From contig JBLWVX010000003.1 in NCBI GenBank assembly GCA_048268245.1, positions 64,001 to 128,000 of the forward strand: 64,000 nt of DNA. Reading direction: 5' to 3'. The translations under genes and the position numbers were made by a program. This DNA comes from Arcobacteraceae bacterium (GTDB taxonomy: Bacteria > Campylobacterota > Campylobacteria > Campylobacterales > Arcobacteraceae). The notes under the pieces were generated by a model that did no database searches, had not been told where the DNA came from, and was given only the letters and a program-made list of their open reading frames with translations. This document shows, in pieces, positions 58,984-64,000 of the stretch (positions within the stretch are counted from its first letter, which is position 1; every line of letters starts with the position of its first letter).

Positions 58984-61289
58984 GTGAATCAGTAGAAAAA
59001 AGAGTTTTGGCTTTAAAGTATAGACCACATAGATTTGAAGATTTAGTAGGACAAAGCACAGTTTCACAAACACTATCTTTGGCATTGGATTCAAATAGAT
59101 TATCTCATGCTTACTTATTTAGTGGTCTAAGAGGAAGTGGTAAAACAAGTACTGCTAGAATTATGGCAAAAGCTTTATTATGTAGCCAAGGTCCTACTTC
59201 AAAACCATGTGAAGTTTGTGATAATTGTAAAAGTGCAAACTCTTCAAGACACTTAGATATTATAGAAATGGATGCAGCTTCAAATAGAGGTATTGATGAT
59301 ATTAAAGATCTAATTGAACATACTAAATATAAGCCAAGTAGTGCTAGATTTAAAGTGTTTATTATCGATGAAGTTCATATGCTTACTACACAAGCTTTTA
59401 ATGCCTTACTTAAGACTTTAGAAGAACCTCCTGGTTTTGTAAAGTTTATTTTAGCAACAACGGATCCTTTAAAACTTCCTGCTACTATTCTTTCAAGAAC
59501 TCAGCACTTTAGATTTAATAAAATCTCAAACTCTGATGTAATTCATCATTTATCTCATATTTTAAATGAAGAGGGAATTGATTATGAAAGTGAAGCTTTA
59601 GAAATTTTAGCTAGAAGTGGACAAGGAAGTTTAAGAGATACTTTAACTATGCTTGACCAAGCTATTATTTTCTCAAAAGGAAGAGTGTCAACTACAGCTG
59701 TTGTTGATATGCTAGGACTTATAGACCCAGAGGTTATGGATACAATTTTCCAAGTAGTTTTAAATAAAGGTGATATTACAGCTATTGTAAAAGAGCTTGA
59801 GAACTATGAAGTATCACAGGTTTGTGATGAAATGACAATTTATTTAAAGCATAGAATGTTAGAAAAAGATTCAAGATTTGATTTACTTTTATATGATAGA
59901 TTTTTTAGAATACTAAGTGATGCAAAACATCTTTTAGCTATGAACTCTGATGGTGGTTTTGTACTTATTTTAACACTAATGAAAATGATTGAGGCTGTTG
60001 ATATTAGAACAATTGATGAAATTATTGATCAAGTTCAAAAAGTAAAAGAAAAAGAAGACCCACAAGTTAATCAAGTAGCAAAACAAACAGCTCAAACACC
60101 TCAAGTGTCTACACCAAAAGTTGAAGAAGCTCCTAAAACAGTAGTTCAAGAAATAATTGAAACTCCTCAAGTGAAAATTGAAGAAGTAAATCATACTCAA
60201 GATATACAAGAAGTTCCAGTTTTAAAACCACAAAGTGTAGAAGATGTAGTTCAAAAAGTTGAGGAAACTATTCAATCACAAATAGAACAAAACCAAACAC
60301 CAAATGATAATCCATTTGAAAATGAACCTGAAACGAAAATAGAAGAGCCCACAGCACAAGACATAGCTTATGCTAATAGTGTTGGTGATATTGTTGATTT
60401 AGGTGTTACTGATGCAATTGAAACTGTAACTTATCCTACACCATTTGATGATTTACCAACAACTGCACCTACAGTAAATACACAAGAGCAAAAGCAAAGT
60501 GAAAAGTTAACTGCTGATATTCAAGAGCCACAAATAAACCAAAATATACAAACTACTATGTCTCAGAATAATGAGTCTTTAGTAAATAATATAGATTCAA
60601 ATCCTTTTGAGCAAACAATAGTTCAAAATGCACAAGAAAATCAACCTACACCTCAAAATGTAGAGCCAACTAGTTCTGATGAAATTCATGTAGAAGCAGT
60701 TGAACAACAAGTAGCAGTAAATCCAAATATGGAAGTAGAAGCTGTTCCTTTTGAAGAAGAAGTACAAAAAGAGCCAGCTGTAAATGATTTATATAGTAAA
60801 TTAACTCAAAAGGTTTATGAAAGAGATTATACTTTAGGTGAATGTTTTGAGAAGAACTTTATTTTTAATGGTCATGAAAATAATAAGCTATATATAATAT
60901 CAAGAGCCCAAGGTGATGATAGAAAGTTTTTATATAAACACTTTGGACTGATAAGAACATTTGCTCAAGATGTTTTTGGAAATGAAATTGAGCTAGATTT
61001 TACAAAGGAGCCAGCCCGCAAGGTCTTAGAAGAAACTAAACCTAGTAAGGAAGAACCAGAAGTAAAAGAAGAGTCTAATTCATTATTACAAAATAATTCA
61101 AATGATACAGGTTCTATGCTTGAGGATGTTGAAGTTGGCTCTGGTTGTGTTGCAGATATGCAAAAAGTTGCATCTCCTAAACCATCACAGAAAGAGTTAC
61201 AGTTAAACGATATACTAAATTCTCCTATGCTAAATAGAGCAAAAGAGCTTTTAGATGTAAAGAAAATAACAGTTAAATCAAGAAGTTAA
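58980..61289 (+). CDS. dnaX: DNA polymerase III subunit gamma/tau with long low-complexity linker
   Basis: LKYRP..F, G.RGSGKTS, C..C..C zinc motif, IIDEVHML, ILSRTQ. Confidence 0.96.
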   Translation: MSESVEKRVLALKYRPHRFEDLVGQSTVSQTLSLALDSNRLSHAYLFSGLRGSGKTSTARIMAKALLCSQGPTSKPCEVCDNCKSANSSRHLDIIEMDAASNRGIDDIKDLIEHTKYKPSSARFKVFIIDEVHMLTTQAFNALLKTLEEPPGFVKFILATTDPLKLPATILSRTQHFRFNKISNSDVIHHLSHILNEEGIDYESEALEILARSGQGSLRDTLTMLDQAIIFSKGRVSTTAVVDMLGLIDPEVMDTIFQVVLNKGDITAIVKELENYEVSQVCDEMTIYLKHRMLEKDSRFDLLLYDRFFRILSDAKHLLAMNSDGGFVLILTLMKMIEAVDIRTIDEIIDQVQKVKEKEDPQVNQVAKQTAQTPQVSTPKVEEAPKTVVQEIIETPQVKIEEVNHTQDIQEVPVLKPQSVEDVVQKVEETIQSQIEQNQTPNDNPFENEPETKIEEPTAQDIAYANSVGDIVDLGVTDAIETVTYPTPFDDLPTTAPTVNTQEQKQSEKLTADIQEPQINQNIQTTMSQNNESLVNNIDSNPFEQTIVQNAQENQPTPQNVEPTSSDEIHVEAVEQQVAVNPNMEVEAVPFEEEVQKEPAVNDLYSKLTQKVYERDYTLGECFEKNFIFNGHENNKLYIISRAQGDDRKFLYKHFGLIRTFAQDVFGNEIELDFTKEPARKVLEETKPSKEEPEVKEESNSLLQNNSNDTGSMLEDVEVGSGCVADMQKVASPKPSQKELQLNDILNSPMLNRAKELLDVKKITVKSRS

Positions 61290-61298
61290 AGGAGAGAT

Positions 61299-62138
61299 AT
61301 GAAAAAGGCATTAAAAGTTTTAAGTTTAACAAGTTTATGTACTACATTACTTTTTGCAAATATTAATGATAAAGAAGTTATAGAATTTGAAAAAAACAGA
61401 CTTGGATTAAACCCTAATGTAGAAGTTTTAAATGTAGAAGTTAGTTTAAAAAAACAAATGCCTTTAGAAGATTGGTATGGATATATTTTAAATGTTCAAG
61501 CACAAATACCAACTTCTAAAGATACTTCAAAAATAGTAGATGTTAAAGATATTGTTTTTACAAATGGAGAATATGTATCATTAGATTTATTAGATTTAAA
61601 AACAGGTAAATCTTTAAAAAGTTTAGTTACTCCAACTTTAACAAAAGAGTATTATAGAGAAGATAGATTAATCGCAGGTAATCATAATGCAAAAGACAAA
61701 ATAGTGATTTTCTCTGATCCTTTATGTCCTTTTTGTATGGACTATGTACCAGATGTAATAAACTACGTAAATAAAAATAGTGATAACATAGCTTTATACT
61801 ATTATCATTTCCCATTACTTAGAATACATCCAGCAGCAGGACCATTGTCTCAAATTATGGAAGTAGCAAAACATAAAAACATAAAAGATTTAGAACTAAA
61901 AGTTTATGAGATTGATTGGGATAAGTACTTTGACTCAAAATCAAATAATACAAATAAAATATTAGAAGCTTTTAATAAAGAACTTAAAACAAATATCACG
62001 TTAGAAGAACTAAAAAAAGCAAATATCCAAAAAGATATAAGCATGGGTGAAGATGTGATGGTTCAAGGAACACCAACTATTTTTGTAAATGGTAAAAAAG
62101 ATAGCACAAGAGAAAAATATAAAACATTAGGGAAGTAA
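61299..62138 (+). CDS. Periplasmic DsbA/DsbG-type thiol-disulfide oxidoreductase
   Basis: Signal peptide, FSDPLCPFC, GTPT cis-Pro loop. Confidence 0.85.
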   Translation: MKKALKVLSLTSLCTTLLFANINDKEVIEFEKNRLGLNPNVEVLNVEVSLKKQMPLEDWYGYILNVQAQIPTSKDTSKIVDVKDIVFTNGEYVSLDLLDLKTGKSLKSLVTPTLTKEYYREDRLIAGNHNAKDKIVIFSDPLCPFCMDYVPDVINYVNKNSDNIALYYYHFPLLRIHPAAGPLSQIMEVAKHKNIKDLELKVYEIDWDKYFDSKSNNTNKILEAFNKELKTNITLEELKKANIQKDISMGEDVMVQGTPTIFVNGKKDSTREKYKTLGK

Positions 62139-62140
62139 AT

Positions 62141-63082
62141 ATGGAAAAACTAGTAATCGCAACAAGACAGAGTAAATTAGCATTATGGCAAAGTGAATAT
62201 ATCAAAGCAGAATTAAACAAACACTACCCAGAGATGCAAATTGAGTTAAAAACATTTTCAACAAAAGCAGACAAGATTTTAGATGTACCATTAGCTAAGA
62301 TTGGTGGAAAAGGTTTATTTACAAAAGAGTTAGAAATAGCTTTATTAAATAAAGAAGCAGATATTGCAGTTCACAGTCTAAAAGATGTTCCAGTTGAGTT
62401 TGAAGATGGATTTGTATTAGCTGCACTTACAAAAAGGTTTGATCCAAGAGATGCTTTTTTAAGCCAAAATTATGAAAGTATTGAAGCTTTACCAAAGGGT
62501 GCAGTTATTGGAACAACAAGTCTTAGAAGAAGAATGGAAATCAAAATGATAAGACCTGATATTGAACTAAAAGATTTAAGAGGAAATATCAATACAAGAA
62601 TTGCAAAGTTAAAAGCTGGTGAGTATGATGCAATTATCTTAGCTGCAACTGGTGTACAAAAACTTCAAATTGAAGATGAGGTAAACTATTTTACACCAAT
62701 TTCTACAGATTTAATGATTCCATCAATGGGACAAGCAACTTTAGGTATTGAAACTCTTGATAACAAAGAATTAATAGAGTTATTGTCTGTTTTAAATGAT
62801 GAAAATGCTTATATTGAATCAACAATTGAGAGAGATTTTGTAAGAGTATTAGAGGGTGGTTGTCAAGTTCCAATTGGTTCAAAAGCAACAATTTTAGAAG
62901 ATGGTAAAAAAGTTAAATTTCAAGCAATTGTTGGAATGCCAGATGCCAGTGAGAGAATAGAAGAAGAAGTAATTGAACCAATAGAAAACTATAAAGAAAT
63001 TGGTAAAAAAGTTGCACAAAGCTTTATTGAAAAGGGAGCAAAAGAGCTTCTTAAAAAAGCAGAAGAAATAGCATTTAAATAA
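62141..63082 (+). CDS. hemC: Hydroxymethylbilane synthase
   Basis: ATRQSKLALWQ, GGKGLFTKE, AVHSLKD, RGNINTR, GGCQVPIG. Confidence 0.98.
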   Translation: MEKLVIATRQSKLALWQSEYIKAELNKHYPEMQIELKTFSTKADKILDVPLAKIGGKGLFTKELEIALLNKEADIAVHSLKDVPVEFEDGFVLAALTKRFDPRDAFLSQNYESIEALPKGAVIGTTSLRRRMEIKMIRPDIELKDLRGNINTRIAKLKAGEYDAIILAATGVQKLQIEDEVNYFTPISTDLMIPSMGQATLGIETLDNKELIELLSVLNDENAYIESTIERDFVRVLEGGCQVPIGSKATILEDGKKVKFQAIVGMPDASERIEEEVIEPIENYKEIGKKVAQSFIEKGAKELLKKAEEIAFK

Positions 63083-63110
63083 AAACCCAATTTAACAAGA
63101 AAAGGAAAAC

Positions 63111-63458
63111 ATGGAAAATTTACCAAACTGCCCAAAATGTGGGAGCGAATATACTTACGAAGATATGGATTTATATATATGTCCAGAGTGTGCCTATGAA
63201 TGGTCAAAAGATGCTTCTTTAGAAGAAGATGAAGACAAGCTGATTGTAAAAGATGCTAATGGAGCTATTTTAGAAGATGGGGATGATGTTACTGTTATCA
63301 AAGACTTAAAAGTAAAAGGTAGTTCATCTGGTATTAAAGTTGGTACTAAAGTAAAAGGTATCAGACTAGTTGAGGGTAATGATGGTCATAATATTGACTG
63401 TAAGGTTCCAGGTGTTGGGGCTATTAAACTTAAACAAGAGTTTGTTAAAAAAGCTTAA
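63111..63458 (+). CDS. yjdM: Zinc-ribbon protein YjdM (PhnA family)
   Basis: CPKC.SEYTY...[26 protein letters not shown]. Confidence 0.92.
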   Translation: MENLPNCPKCGSEYTYEDMDLYICPECAYEWSKDASLEEDEDKLIVKDANGAILEDGDDVTVIKDLKVKGSSSGIKVGTKVKGIRLVEGNDGHNIDCKVPGVGAIKLKQEFVKKA

Positions 63459-63471
63459 AAAACTGCGTTAT

Positions 63472-63498
63472 TTGACAAAAGAGTTTCTCTTTTGTCAA
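63472..63498 (+). terminator. Hairpin after yjdM
   Basis: TTGACAAAAGAG-TTT-CTCTTTTGTCAA, perfect 12-bp stem. Confidence 0.6.
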
Positions 63499-63518
63499 GA
63501 CTTCAAAAATTTTCAAAA

Positions 63519-63536
63519 AAGCAATATTTTCCAAGA
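63519..63536 (+). promoter_or_regulatory. Putative activator box (copy 3), AAGCAATATTTTCCAAGA, upstream of the hydrolase gene
   Basis: 20 nt upstream of -10 TATCAT (63557-62); 21/22 identical to 27541-62 when the A run is included. Confidence 0.65.
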
Positions 63537-63591
63537 AAATTAAATAATAATTTTAGTATCATATTTACATTAATATATTAAGGAGTGATAT

Positions 63592-64000
63592 ATGAGAATA
63601 AATGTAGAAGATACACTATTTTGTTTAGTAGATGTACAAGAAAAGCTATTTCCTCACGTAACAAATAATGAAGAGATTGAAAAAAAACTAATTACATTAA
63701 TTAAAGGTTTAAAAGTTCTAGAGGTTCCTTTTATAGTAAATGAACAGTATAAAAAAGGAATAGGAGAGACAATTCCTTCTTTAAAAGAATTAGTAGTTGA
63801 TTATCCACATTTTGAAAAAACAACATTTTCTTGTTGTAAAAATGAACCAACAATGGAAGCTATTAAGAATAGTGGAAAGAAGAATGTAATTGTTGCTGGA
63901 ATTGAGACACATGTATGTGTATTGCAAACTTGTATTGATTTATTAGAAGCTGGACTTCAACCAATACTTGTTACTGATTGTGTAACTTCAAGAAAGCAAA
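63592..64000 (+). CDS. Isochorismatase-family (cysteine hydrolase) protein, partial
   Basis: Not in the ORF track. AAGGAG SD; translation MRINVEDTLFCLVDVQEKLF...EQYKKGIG...EKTTFSC...GIETHVCVLQT; runs off the window. Confidence 0.9.
   Translation, partial: MRINVEDTLFCLVDVQEKLFPHVTNNEEIEKKLITLIKGLKVLEVPFIVNEQYKKGIGETIPSLKELVVDYPHFEKTTFSCCKNEPTMEAIKNSGKKNVIVAGIETHVCVLQTCIDLLEAGLQPILVTDCVTSRKQ

Noticed and set aside
60020..60070. Programmed -1 frameshift or slippage in dnaX producing gamma
   Set aside because: A-rich run CAA AAA GTA AAA GAA AAA GAA has no in-frame A_AAA_AAG heptamer, no long homopolymer and no obvious downstream hairpin

Overview
AT-rich chromosomal window from a Campylobacterota bacterium, most consistent with the Arcobacteraceae (inferred from gene content and order such as ilvC-polysaccharide deacetylase-dprA, rnr/holA-rpsF-ssb-rpsR, nusA/HP0268-miaB-DUF374, futalosine-pathway mqnE, fdxA/ahpC, and Cache/FIST kinases). 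It is dense core genome: 63 complete CDSs plus two partial ones at the edges, with no tRNA, rRNA, CRISPR array, transposase, integrase or phage gene seen. The most notable observations are: (1) a 520-aa single-TM protein at the syntenic position of the Helicobacter/Campylobacter pilM-pilN-pilO-like flagellar cage genes, which looks like a three-in-one fusion; (2) an 18-22 bp box lying 19-20 nt upstream of the -10 hexamer at three loci, two of them AraC loci; (3) a candidate ~60-nt sRNA between bioF and araC; (4) an intrinsic terminator embedded in the first codons of pabB; (5) an SspB-like protein; (6) a ~250-aa DnaX linker carrying four PF[E/D] motifs; (7) G-free CTAC repeats on both sides of rho; (8) several probably leaderless genes. 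Gene calls come from recognising motifs by eye; no database searches were run.
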